Numbered from the stretch's first letter, positions 1 through 8,215 are shown. The stretch is 26,597 nucleotides of DNA from a virus (IMGVR_UViG_3300024513_000076:1-26597); one strand, 5' to 3'. The notes: generated by a model not told the origin, from the letters alone. Numbers and translations are program-made.

Positions 1-1
1 A

Positions 2-979
2 TCCGTTACGGATACAACAGCATTTGCTGTGGGCGTTGGCGGAGGCATTAACTTTAGAGCGCAACTGAGTTCTTCGGCATACTCGACTTATGCAGCCATT
101 TGGAGTTACCGCGAATCTGCGAATGTTAGCGATTACAAAGGATCGTTGATCTTTGGGACTGCTGACAACTCACTTGGCTATCCCGTAGAACGCGCCCGGA
201 TAGATTCGTCTGGGAATTTGCTGGTTGGCTCTGCTACAGCATCTGCTTCTGGATTGTTGTCTGTGGCGGTGGGCAACGCTACTGGTGGATCAGTTAAAGC
301 CCAAGATACCGATGGCGCTGTAGTAGAGATGCAAGCGTCTGGATCAACGACGTATTTGTATTCAATAACCAACCACCCGTTAACTTTCGGCACCAACAAC
401 ACCGAACGCGCCCGGATAGATTCGTCTGGGAATTTGCTGGTTGGGACGACGAGTAACACTAACACTTCCAAGATATTTGTCCTTGCAACCTCAAGCGGGG
501 CGGCATTTGCTTGTCAAGGTTACTCCGGTGACGTATCCGCTACCGCCGCCCTATTTGGAAAGTTTGACAACGACACCACAACTAGCCAAATCTTTCTCAG
601 ATTTACCGTCAATAACAACAGTGCTGGCTCTGGACAGATCAATGCCAATGGTGCCAATGCTGCCGCGTTTGGGACTTATTCAGATGCACGACTCAAGAAA
701 AATGTTGTTGATCTGCCGCCGCAACTTGACAGTATCATGGCTCTGCGGCCTGTTGAGTTTGATTACATTGAGTCTGAGGGTGGCGGTCATCAAATCAGTT
801 TCATTGCCCAAGAGTTTGAAACTGTATACCCCGATGCTGTTGGAGAACGTGAAGACGGCATGAAGACATTGACGGGCTGGGGCAAAACTGAGGCGCGTCT
901 TGTAAAAGCAATTCAAGAGCAGCAAGAAATCATCAACGACCTCCGCGCCCGTGTGGCGCAGCTGGAGGCTCAAAAATGA
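2..979 (+). CDS. Tail fibre/spike protein, 5'-truncated, with C-terminal intramolecular chaperone (peptidase S74-type) domain
   Basis: Frame is open from the window start. Repeated ERARIDSSGNLLVG fibre motif. C-terminal SDARLKKN...LRPVEF...FIAQE...LVKAIQEQQ coiled coil matches the S74 chaperone pattern. Confidence 0.9.
   Translation, partial: SVTDTTAFAVGVGGGINFRAQLSSSAYSTYAAIWSYRESANVSDYKGSLIFGTADNSLGYPVERARIDSSGNLLVGSATASASGLLSVAVGNATGGSVKAQDTDGAVVEMQASGSTTYLYSITNHPLTFGTNNTERARIDSSGNLLVGTTSNTNTSKIFVLATSSGAAFACQGYSGDVSATAALFGKFDNDTTTSQIFLRFTVNNNSAGSGQINANGANAAAFGTYSDARLKKNVVDLPPQLDSIMALRPVEFDYIESEGGGHQISFIAQEFETVYPDAVGEREDGMKTLTGWGKTEARLVKAIQEQQEIINDLRARVAQLEAQK
188..444 (+). repeat. Exact 41-nt direct repeat (188-228 and 404-444) inside the tail fibre gene
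   Basis: GAACGCGCCCGGATAGATTCGTCTGGGAATTTGCTGGTTGG occurs twice, 216 nt apart and in frame. Confidence 0.95.
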
Positions 980-1461
980 CACAAGAAGAAGCATTGCGAC
1001 TTTTTGAGTACAAAGATGGAATGCTGTATTGGAAGACAAGAGGAAATGGTTTTGCACCTTTTAAAATAGGATCAAAAGTAGGATCGGTGTGTGAAAGAGG
1101 ATATGCAAGAACCAAAATTAACGGTAAAGGATACCTTGTGCACAGACTTATTTATTTAATGCACAACGGATTTATACCGGAATTTATTGACCACATTGAT
1201 GGAAACAAAAATAACAATAAAATAGAAAATTTAAGGCCTGCAACTCGCGCAGAAAATTATTGGAATGTTCCGGCAAGAAAAACAAATAATTTATCAAAAA
1301 TTAAAAATGTTCATTGGAACAAATCGTCAGAAAAATGGGCAGTAGTTATTAAAAGAAACAAGAAAACTCATTATTGTGGGCTTTTTAAAGATTTAGAACT
1401 TGCTGAATTGGTTGCAATTGAAGCAAGAAACCATTATCACGGGGCATTTGCCCTACAGTAG
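976..1461 (+). CDS. HNH endonuclease with C-terminal AP2-like DNA-binding domain (free-standing homing endonuclease type)
   Basis: HRLIY...IDHIDGNKNNNKIENLR HNH motif, followed by KNVHW...KWAVVI...GLFKDLELA...HGAFA AP2-like segment. Visibly more AT-rich than flanks. ATGA overlap with the fibre stop. Confidence 0.9.
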   Translation: MTQEEALRLFEYKDGMLYWKTRGNGFAPFKIGSKVGSVCERGYARTKINGKGYLVHRLIYLMHNGFIPEFIDHIDGNKNNNKIENLRPATRAENYWNVPARKTNNLSKIKNVHWNKSSEKWAVVIKRNKKTHYCGLFKDLELAELVAIEARNHYHGAFALQ

Positions 1462-1475
1462 AAAGGAGCCTAATC

Positions 1476-1775
1476 ATGGCAACGCAAATCACTTGGAAAA
1501 TTGAAAATTTGAATCGTAAGACTGCTGATGGTTTTGTCACCACCGCACATTGGCGTGTGACTGCTGTTGACGGAGACTTTTCCGCAACGATCTATTCCAC
1601 TGCATCTTGGGCAGAAGATAGCCCGCCAGCAATTCCTTATGCCAATCTTACTGAAGCAGAAGTGCTTAACTGGGTGTGGGCATCTGGTGTTGATAAAGAT
1701 GCTGCTGAACAAGCACTTGCAGACAACATTGCTTTGCAGAAGAATCCTGTGCAAGCCAATGGAGTGCCTTGGTAA
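1476..1775 (+). CDS. Conserved phage hypothetical protein, tail-fibre-associated
   Basis: AAAGGAG RBS. TWKI...AHWRV...IPYANLTEAEVLNWV...PW pattern often seen after tail fibre genes. Confidence 0.8.
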   Translation: MATQITWKIENLNRKTADGFVTTAHWRVTAVDGDFSATIYSTASWAEDSPPAIPYANLTEAEVLNWVWASGVDKDAAEQALADNIALQKNPVQANGVPW

Positions 1776-1821
1776 TAGGGTGAAGCCACTGCCCTTTCAG
1801 TGGCATTGAAGGAGAAGCGAA

Positions 1822-2046
1822 ATGGGTAAAGACAACAAGCCCCAGATCGTCACTATTGATGGTGTAGAACATGACATGACTCTTTGGGATGATCGGCAAA
1901 AGACCATCCTGAATCATGTTGCGGATCTTGATAGGAAGTTGGCGTCTACCAGGATGCAGTTAGACCAATTACAAGTTGGTCGAGATGCATTCTTCCAGAT
2001 GCTGAAAGAATCTCTAGATCCAAAAGAGGTTGGATTGAACGACTGA
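1822..2046 (+). CDS. Small coiled-coil hypothetical protein
   Basis: AAGGAG RBS. VTIDGVEH N-terminus plus a heptad-like C-terminus. Stop overlaps the next start. Confidence 0.8.
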   Translation: MGKDNKPQIVTIDGVEHDMTLWDDRQKTILNHVADLDRKLASTRMQLDQLQVGRDAFFQMLKESLDPKEVGLND

Positions 2047-2279
2047 TGGATTGGCAGAGCATTCTCAACATCGTTGCTGGTGCTGTTCTGACAGCTATCG
2101 GTTGGTGGTGCCGTGAAATCTGGGACTCATTGAAGTCTTTGAAAAACGACATCCAACGAATTGAGATTGATCTGCCTAAAACCTACGTTTCCAAGGTCGA
2201 AATTAACACCAGATTCGACAAGATCGACTCAATTTTAGAAAGAATCTTTGATAAGTTAGATCACAAAGCAGACAAATAA
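2046..2279 (+). CDS. Small membrane protein, one N-terminal TM helix plus coiled coil (holin/antiholin candidate)
   Basis: Hydrophobic ILNIVAGAVLTAIGWW followed by a charged helix. Lies upstream of the lysis genes. Confidence 0.7.
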   Translation: MDWQSILNIVAGAVLTAIGWWCREIWDSLKSLKNDIQRIEIDLPKTYVSKVEINTRFDKIDSILERIFDKLDHKADK

Positions 2280-2280
2280 A

Positions 2281-2751
2281 ATGGACCCAATCACCGCGAT
2301 GGCGGCTGTCAACAAGGCAGTCAGTCTCATCAAGCAAGCGTCCTCTACTGTTGACAACGTAGCATCGTTGGGTCCGTTGATTGGCAAATACTTTGATGCC
2401 AAGCACACTGCTGTCAAAGCGGTAAAAGAAAATAAAAAGAGTGGTGGCTCAAACATGGCAAAAGCCATTGAGATTGAGCTGGCACTGAAAGCACAGAGAG
2501 ACTTTGAGGAACAACTCAAAGGTCTATTTTTCTCCAGCAACAACATGGATGTGTGGAACTCCATTATGGAGCGAGTCCAGCAGATGAATGCTGAAGACTC
2601 CGCAGAAGCTGCTAGGGAGAAAGATCGAGCCAAGAATGCAAAGAGACGTCAGCAAGAGATCAATGAAGTCTTGCTGGCGATTGGGATTATTTTGATGGTT
2701 TTGATCTTTGGGATATGGGGGTTGGTTGAACTTGTCAACATGAACCGATGA
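2281..2751 (+). CDS. Hypothetical helical protein with C-terminal TM anchor
   Basis: MDPITAMAA start, coiled-coil middle, hydrophobic VLLAIGIILMVLIFGIWGLV tail. Confidence 0.8.
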   Translation: MDPITAMAAVNKAVSLIKQASSTVDNVASLGPLIGKYFDAKHTAVKAVKENKKSGGSNMAKAIEIELALKAQRDFEEQLKGLFFSSNNMDVWNSIMERVQQMNAEDSAEAAREKDRAKNAKRRQQEINEVLLAIGIILMVLIFGIWGLVELVNMNR

Positions 2752-2912
2752 ATCCTAAAGACAGGAAAGCAGTTCTTGATGGGATTGATACTTACATCAA
2801 GATCAACTGTTACTTAGGATTTATTTGGGTGTTCTTGGATCTGTTGAAGGTTTTACCCATATCGCTTGCGGATAAGTTGGTAGCAATGGTTTTGGGGAGA
2901 CTTGGGTTGTGA
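2748..2912 (+). CDS. 54-aa hydrophobic small protein (not in ORF track)
   Basis: Hand translation: MNPKDRKAVLDGIDTYIKINCYLGFIWVFLDLLKVLPISLADKLVAMVLGRLGL. ATGA overlap upstream and GTGA overlap downstream fill the gap exactly. Confidence 0.75.
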   Translation: MNPKDRKAVLDGIDTYIKINCYLGFIWVFLDLLKVLPISLADKLVAMVLGRLGL

Positions 2913-3115
2913 ATCGTTTTGTAGTGATGTCCATTCTTGTTTTGATGGCAGGGTGCCAGGACAGGTATCGCTACAAATGTCAAGATCCAAAGCATTTCCA
3001 AGATCCTGAGTGTCAAAGGCCAAAGTGTCTTTTTACTCAGCAGTGTCCTGATTACTTGGTTGCCCCGATTCTGGAGAAACAAATAAATGCCCAACCAGCA
3101 GAACCTCAACGCTGA
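2909..3115 (+). CDS. Small cysteine-rich lipoprotein
   Basis: Signal peptide II with lipobox LMAG|C, plus four further Cys in the mature part. Confidence 0.8.
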   Translation: MNRFVVMSILVLMAGCQDRYRYKCQDPKHFQDPECQRPKCLFTQQCPDYLVAPILEKQINAQPAEPQR

Positions 3116-3548
3116 CGAAATAGAGGTCCGTATCTGGGGCTTCGTTGTTGTCATGGTCACTCTAATCCTAGCAGTGATTGTGATTGCCTTGTTGTACTCT
3201 GTGACCTTTGTCACTCAGCCAATCAAGTCAATGGCTCCGATTGACCAGGCATATACCAAGATGCTGAATGACATCGTTCTATTGATCGTTGGTGGCATTG
3301 GTGGGGTAATGAGCAAGAGAGCAACCAAAGCGGCTTCACAAGCCATTGCAGAGCCTTCTGGAGCGCCTCCAGGCCCAAAACCTAGTGCCCATTCAGTGAT
3401 GCCTGAGTTCAACTGGATGGGCTACAAGAATCCTGAGTTAGACGAGACATGGGTTGCTCCTCCTCCTCCAACAACTCCTGCAAATTACATTGATCCAGCA
3501 ATGGAAGATATAGCGCAGGAAAGAGCAGCAGCAAGGAGTGAGACATGA
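3087..3548 (+). CDS. Two-TM membrane protein with Pro-rich tail (holin candidate)
   Basis: Two hydrophobic segments (IWGFVVVMVTLILAVIVIALLYSV and IVLLIVGGIGGVM). Directly upstream of Rz. Confidence 0.7.
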   Translation: MPNQQNLNADEIEVRIWGFVVVMVTLILAVIVIALLYSVTFVTQPIKSMAPIDQAYTKMLNDIVLLIVGGIGGVMSKRATKAASQAIAEPSGAPPGPKPSAHSVMPEFNWMGYKNPELDETWVAPPPPTTPANYIDPAMEDIAQERAAARSET

Positions 3549-4042
3549 ATCGAACCATCATCATTGTTGTTGTGACTCTTCTTGTGATTGCTGGTCTGTA
3601 TAAGTATGGGTATCACAATGGATGGGGTGATAGAGATGCTGAGATGCAAGCAGAGATTGCTAAAGCTAACGAGCAATCTAGGGCTACTGAACAGAAACTT
3701 ACAGAGCAACTCAACTCTAATGCTGTGCAACTCAAGGAGGCAAACAATGCTTTGGATCAAAAGTCTTCTGATCTTGATCGTGCCATTCGTGCTGGCAGGG
3801 TGCGGCTCCCCGCCCCAAGTTGCGTACAAGCCTCCACAAGTCCCTCCATTGCCAGCGGAAATAGCAACCAAGAAAGTGCCAAACCTGACAGAAAGGCTGA
3901 CTCAGTTGCTGATGAATCCGAGCGACAAACCCTCGCAGCAATCGCAGCAATCGTCGCAGAAGGAGACAAAGCCATTGTCCAGCTCAACGCCTGCATCGAC
4001 GCCTACAACCAAGTGAGGGCACAGTTCAATGTTGACCGCTGA
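3545..4042 (+). CDS. Rz: Rz-like inner-membrane spanin (i-spanin)
   Basis: N-terminal TM, periplasmic coiled coil, GRVRL and QLNACIDAY motifs. Contains an embedded lipoprotein gene. Confidence 0.88.
   Translation: MNRTIIIVVVTLLVIAGLYKYGYHNGWGDRDAEMQAEIAKANEQSRATEQKLTEQLNSNAVQLKEANNALDQKSSDLDRAIRAGRVRLPAPSCVQASTSPSIASGNSNQESAKPDRKADSVADESERQTLAAIAAIVAEGDKAIVQLNACIDAYNQVRAQFNVDR
3747..4016 (+). CDS. Rz1: Rz1-like outer-membrane lipoprotein spanin (o-spanin), embedded in Rz in the +1 frame
   Basis: AAGGAGG at 3734-3740, 6 nt before ATG 3747. MLWIKSLLILIVPFVLAG|C lipobox. Pro-rich mature region (SPPQVAYKPPQVPPLP). Confidence 0.88.
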   Translation: MLWIKSLLILIVPFVLAGCGSPPQVAYKPPQVPPLPAEIATKKVPNLTERLTQLLMNPSDKPSQQSQQSSQKETKPLSSSTPASTPTTK

Positions 4043-4625
4043 ACACCTTACAAGGCTCCATATTGGTCAAGAGTGGCTGGATGGGTTGAACGAGACGTTT
4101 GATAGGTTTGCTATTTCTTCTGCTTGGCAAAGGGCTGCTTTTATTGGTCAGTGTGGTCACGAATGTGCGAACTTCAAAGTTCTGGAAGAAAACCTTAACT
4201 ATCGAGCAGAAACTTTGATGAAGTTATGGGCAAAGAGATTCCCAACCAAAGAGATTGCTGACCAATATGCCAGGAACCCAAAGAAGATTGCCAACAAGGT
4301 CTATGCATCTCGCATGGGAAATCGGGATGAAGCATCAGGAGATGGATACAGGTTCAGGGGAAGAGGATGCATTCAACTGACGGGCCATGCAAACTATTTC
4401 CATGCTGGAAAAGCTCTTGGTGTTGACTTTGTAAAAGATCCTGATCTTGTTGCAACACCACGATATGCAGCGATGACTGCTGGATGGTTTTGGTCAACTC
4501 ACAAGTGCAATGAGCTGGCATCAAACAACGATTGGAAGGCTTTGACCAAAGCAATAAATGGTGGATATATTGGCTTAGAAGATCGTATAAAGCACACAAA
4601 CGAGGCTTACTCTGTCATCGTCTAG
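4029..4625 (+). CDS. Endolysin, glycoside hydrolase family 19 (chitinase-like)
   Basis: AAFIGQCGHEC, EENLNY, GDGYRFRGRGCIQLTG..NY, AGWFW and INGG..GLEDR motifs. Confidence 0.95.
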   Translation: MLTAEHLTRLHIGQEWLDGLNETFDRFAISSAWQRAAFIGQCGHECANFKVLEENLNYRAETLMKLWAKRFPTKEIADQYARNPKKIANKVYASRMGNRDEASGDGYRFRGRGCIQLTGHANYFHAGKALGVDFVKDPDLVATPRYAAMTAGWFWSTHKCNELASNNDWKALTKAINGGYIGLEDRIKHTNEAYSVIV

Positions 4626-4866
4626 CAAAGAGTTTTCCTTTAGGACCACAGATTCCAGATGTCCTTTCCTCGATACAGGTAGTTGCTCCGAACGGAGTTT
4701 TTCTGTCGGAGATCAAGCAGGTCATTGAGATGCTTTTTTTCTCTTTCAATGTTCCTGTTTCAACTGGCCTGTAGTACTTGCACTTTTCGCACAACTTCCT
4801 ATCTTTGTCCCAAGTGTATTTTGGCAACTTAAAGGTAGGCTCATAGATATATGTTCTTCTATACAT
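4615..4866 (-). CDS. Hypothetical Cys-containing protein
   Basis: CxxC plus three further Cys and a CGPxGKLF end. Last gene of the leftward operon. Confidence 0.7.
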   Translation of the reverse strand: MYRRTYIYEPTFKLPKYTWDKDRKLCEKCKYYRPVETGTLKEKKSISMTCLISDRKTPFGATTCIEERTSGICGPKGKLFARR

Positions 4867-5029
4867 TCTTATGTGCCATTACAGCAAGGTTGCACTGCAA
4901 CACAGAGAGTTCATACATTGATTCTCTGGCAAGCAACATAGCTTCTTCATACCGCTTATCAATGCAAAGCTGGTGAATCTCTTTCAAAAGATCATCTAGA
5001 ACAATCAGTGGGTGAGCGTAATCAATCAT
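4859..5029 (-). CDS. 56-aa hypothetical protein (not in ORF track)
   Basis: Hand translation: MIDYAHPLIVLDDLLKEIHQLCIDKRYEEAMLLARESMYELSVLQCNLAVMAHKNV. ATGA overlap with the upstream gene. Confidence 0.75.
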   Translation of the reverse strand: MIDYAHPLIVLDDLLKEIHQLCIDKRYEEAMLLARESMYELSVLQCNLAVMAHKNV

Positions 5030-5442
5030 TGGTTTTTTTCCTTTAACTTAGCTTCTATGGCGCGGGCAAATTGTTCTTCTTGGCAATGTGGGTCTACATA
5101 ACCAATTATTTCGTCTATTTCATCATCAGTCAGCCCATGCCATTCGCGCTTAGGTTCCCACCCCAACTGGATAGCGATACGTTTGGCTGCCGACTTGTCT
5201 ATGACCGGCTCACCCCACACGCCCACTTCCCCGACCTTTGCTAAGTCAGGCTGCATATCATCCAGCCCCAGCTCACGATCTATCTCAGCAAGGTCATCTA
5301 GGGCCTTGCGAGACAGCGCGGTGCGCAGGGCGGTGATGAGTTGGTGATACTGCGGTTTAAATTCCAGCCCCAAGATATTTGCATTGCATACTTCTTCCAA
5401 CGCCTCCAGCGCCATCTCTAGCAGCTCACGGTCAGTGGTCAT
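5026..5442 (-). CDS. Hypothetical mosaic early protein
   Basis: RELLEMALEALE start and REWHGLTDDEI...FARAIEAKLKEKN end, both recurrent phage early-gene segments. GAGG RBS. Confidence 0.8.
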   Translation of the reverse strand: MTTDRELLEMALEALEEVCNANILGLEFKPQYHQLITALRTALSRKALDDLAEIDRELGLDDMQPDLAKVGEVGVWGEPVIDKSAAKRIAIQLGWEPKREWHGLTDDEIDEIIGYVDPHCQEEQFARAIEAKLKEKNQ

Positions 5443-6097
5443 GCTTCACCTCATAGTCTTTGAATACGACGCCTTTGCTGGCATCCCCCACCTTGCAAGC
5501 CTTGACCCATCCTTTTTTGCCTGATGGATATGTTCTCCAATGACCACGCCGATCATGTAAACGTGGGCTTGCGTGAGTTCCTCCTTGCGGTTCAGACTTT
5601 TCAGCCTTTGGCCCAATCTCTACCGTGTGCCAATCAAATGTTAATGCTGGCTTTCCTTTGGCGGCTCGTTTGCGGTTGATGAATGTCTTTTGCGGAGTCG
5701 GTTTATAAGCCTGTCCACCTTCGGACAATTTGGCCAGAACCGCGCAAACCATCCTAAGAACTGGATCAATTTGCTGCCGAGTCACTTCTTTGTTGTTGTT
5801 GTAATACTTAAGACCATCATCGGTTTCTAGGTAGGCAAATGGCTCAAAGTATTGAAGCGGCTCCATCGTGCAGCCAGCCGTGGTCACACTTTTTTCGCCA
5901 GCAGTCATCCATAGACTGAACTTGCGACCTTTGGAGTCAATACCTGCGATGCCTGTGCGCTTAAATGGCGGGTGCATCAGAATATCTACCGGATACCGCT
6001 GCGCTTCAGGCAACGGAGTTAATCTACCAACATCAAACCACATTGCTGTTTCGGGTTGCGGTGCTACCTTGACAGCTTGTTGAACGAGCGGAGTCAT
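5432..6097 (-). CDS. Hypothetical protein with C-terminal HASPRxHxRRGHWR motif
   Basis: Long ORF. Start placed at ATG 6097 because of its ATGA overlap with the upstream stop. Confidence 0.8.
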   Translation of the reverse strand: MTPLVQQAVKVAPQPETAMWFDVGRLTPLPEAQRYPVDILMHPPFKRTGIAGIDSKGRKFSLWMTAGEKSVTTAGCTMEPLQYFEPFAYLETDDGLKYYNNNKEVTRQQIDPVLRMVCAVLAKLSEGGQAYKPTPQKTFINRKRAAKGKPALTFDWHTVEIGPKAEKSEPQGGTHASPRLHDRRGHWRTYPSGKKGWVKACKVGDASKGVVFKDYEVKHDH

Positions 6098-6402
6098 ACC
6101 TGCCCCCTTGCTCGGATGGCCTCCGCAAGGGAATGCTCCCAAGCGTCGATGCGCTCCTTTATCTGCCACTCAAGCTCTTTGAGTAGGTCTTCGGTTGTGT
6201 CGCCGTGCCCCGTGGCATAGCTATGTTGAATCATCCACTGCGCTAGTTTGTTTCGCTCCGCAGCAGCGACAAGCTCGGCAAAGCGTTCAAGGTCCTCGTC
6301 ATTACAAATAAAAGTATATTGAAAATCGTCGCTCAAAATGTCTTCGACCTCTACAGGAAGCCCAGCCTCCAATGCCATGTCGATGATGTCATCGCGTGTC
6401 AT
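6094..6402 (-). CDS. Hypothetical early protein
   Basis: MTRDDII...LERFAELVAAAER...AEAIRARG pattern. ATGA overlap supports the 6402 start. Confidence 0.8.
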   Translation of the reverse strand: MTRDDIIDMALEAGLPVEVEDILSDDFQYTFICNDEDLERFAELVAAAERNKLAQWMIQHSYATGHGDTTEDLLKELEWQIKERIDAWEHSLAEAIRARGQV

Positions 6403-6614
6403 TTCGCCCACCATTTCAACCTTTCCCACAACGTCTTAGGCTTTGCTGGCCTTTTGTCATTGATGGGCTTGCCTTCTGCTCTTAGCTTGTCTCGATAGCG
6501 AATCTGATGCACAGCATGAGGCGTGATCTTTAGAAGCGCTGCAATCTCTTTTGGCCTAAAGCCTTGATCTTGCAAACGCCGGACTTGCGGAGCGTGATAT
6601 TTTCTTTTACGCAC
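6399..6614 (-). CDS. Small helix-turn-helix DNA-binding protein
   Basis: GFRPKEIAALLKITPHAVHQIR fits an HTH. Basic protein. Confidence 0.7.
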   Translation of the reverse strand: MRKRKYHAPQVRRLQDQGFRPKEIAALLKITPHAVHQIRYRDKLRAEGKPINDKRPAKPKTLWERLKWWAK

Positions 6615-6906
6615 GTTGATACATCCTTATAACTCTGGCATGGGCTGATGGACGCTTAGACTCTACGAAGCCAACAGGATGAATGCGTCCTTGTAGCTTT
6701 CTTGTAAACGCTCCCCAAGCATTTGGATGATGCGGCTCAGGGAACTCAATTTCCTCGCAGAATGCTCTGAAGTCATCTATGGTGAATCTATCTTCAGCAA
6801 CAGACTCAAGCCACCAATCAAAAGCCAAATCTGCTTGTTCTTTCCACTCTGCTGCATGGTCTAGAACCAGCTTGATTCCAGCTTCTTTAAGTGAGCGTCC
6901 TTGCAT
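6607..6906 (-). CDS. Conserved phage hypothetical protein
   Basis: PEPHHPNAWGA...SKRPSAHAR motif. Starts 1 nt after the exonuclease stop, GGAGG RBS. Confidence 0.8.
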   Translation of the reverse strand: MQGRSLKEAGIKLVLDHAAEWKEQADLAFDWWLESVAEDRFTIDDFRAFCEEIEFPEPHHPNAWGAFTRKLQGRIHPVGFVESKRPSAHARVIRMYQRA

Positions 6907-6907
6907 A

Positions 6908-7567
6908 TCAGCCTCCGAATGTCATGCGCTTGTAGAGCCTTCTGGTGCGCTCTACGTCTCTTGCACAATAGACTCCGACTTCTTCCCACTTTCCTTCTTG
7001 AATCATGGGCCAAACATCGGCACCGCTGATTCCTTCTTTGCCTGGCAAGCCAAGGATCTTGCACAACTTGTCCATCGAGACAAAGTTCTTGACATCCCAT
7101 TGCGTCATGGTGTCGTATATATAGCTGTCCCAAGGTTTAGGATTCTTTGGAAACCAAAACGGTGGCTTGACGTTGTAGATCACAGCTTGTTTCCAGAGAA
7201 AAGGAATGTCAAAGCTGGCAATGTTATGACCTATAAGAACAGGCCTGTCTGAGTTGTCATAAGCCCGAATCAACTCGCTAAATAAGTCCTGGAGAATCTC
7301 TCGCACTGCTTCTGGTGAGTTGTTTGGGGTGTAAAGCCATTCAACATCCCCACTATCAATAGCCCAGGCCACAGCGCAGATTTGGCCCAATCCTCCGTCA
7401 AACGAAGTCTTTAGATAAGCCTCCTCAACCAATCCGGGTTTGGTTTCCCTTTCCCATTCAGCGATTGATTCGGCTTTCTTGAGTGTGCCTGGTGGCTTGA
7501 TCTCAATGGTGTCTTTGAACCCTGCGTGTTGGCAGGGGATCGTTTCAATGTCTAAAAAGATGTTCAT
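6908..7567 (-). CDS. 3'-5' exonuclease, DnaQ/DEDD superfamily, PolB-exonuclease-like
   Basis: ExoI FLDIETIP, ExoII GHNIASFDIPFL, ExoIII YCARDV. Confidence 0.92.
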   Translation of the reverse strand: MNIFLDIETIPCQHAGFKDTIEIKPPGTLKKAESIAEWERETKPGLVEEAYLKTSFDGGLGQICAVAWAIDSGDVEWLYTPNNSPEAVREILQDLFSELIRAYDNSDRPVLIGHNIASFDIPFLWKQAVIYNVKPPFWFPKNPKPWDSYIYDTMTQWDVKNFVSMDKLCKILGLPGKEGISGADVWPMIQEGKWEEVGVYCARDVERTRRLYKRMTFGG

Positions 7568-7585
7568 TGGTTGATCCCCTTATGT

Positions 7586-8215
7586 TTAGAACGGCACTGA
7601 ATCGTCGTCTACGGTGCTGGATGCAGTTTTGTTCCACTGCTTTTTCCATTCCGGGCTGGCTTGAATCTTCTCCTGCATCCATTGTGGAAGAGCGTCAAAG
7701 ACTTGCAGGTCAGGATCATCAAGATTGAAGATCACTGCTTCGTGGACGCCTTCTGGCTTTGCATTGGAAAGCTCTTTTGGCAGCTTTACCGCACTAACCA
7801 CATTGGCATAGGTCTTGCCGTTCTTTGACTCACTGTGAGCCACAGAAACCATTGCATAGGCTCCGACCAGTTTGCTGATGTCAAAGGTAAATGCTTCGTC
7901 ATCAGTAAATGCTTTGCCCCTCCAGTTGCTTAAGAAGGCCCGGAGCGTGGCGTTTTCATGCATTGACATGGTGAACTCACGATCAACGGTCATTGGCATC
8001 TGTTTGCCTTTGATGTCAACCGTCAGTGCTTGGCCTGAGTCATCTTCCCCAAACACTTCCCAGGAAATCCTGATCTTGTGCTGTTCTTTTTCTCCGAACT
8101 GACCGGTTGTCTTTTGCGTTCCAAGGTCAATCATTTGGTAGCACCTGGCGGTGTATGTGCCAGGTGGCACCAACTTGAACTCTCTTGCTTGTTGTTGTTT
8201 GGCAACGAATCCCAT
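7586..8215 (-). CDS. Putative ssDNA-binding protein (resembles the phage NGO0469-like family)
   Basis: PPGTYTARCYQMIDLGTQ N-terminus and acidic C-terminal DDDSVPF tail typical of SSBs. AGGAG RBS. Adjacent to the exonuclease. Confidence 0.7.
   Translation of the reverse strand: MGFVAKQQQAREFKLVPPGTYTARCYQMIDLGTQKTTGQFGEKEQHKIRISWEVFGEDDSGQALTVDIKGKQMPMTVDREFTMSMHENATLRAFLSNWRGKAFTDDEAFTFDISKLVGAYAMVSVAHSESKNGKTYANVVSAVKLPKELSNAKPEGVHEAVIFNLDDPDLQVFDALPQWMQEKIQASPEWKKQWNKTASSTVDDDSVPF

Noticed and set aside
188-444. Possible DGR template/variable repeat or invertible segment
   Set aside because: The copies are identical and direct, with no adenine-specific mismatches. No reverse transcriptase or invertase is in the window.
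3588-3746. N-terminal 53 aa of the track ORF 3588-4016
   Set aside because: The strong RBS and signal peptide start at 3747. The extension would bury the lipoprotein signal.
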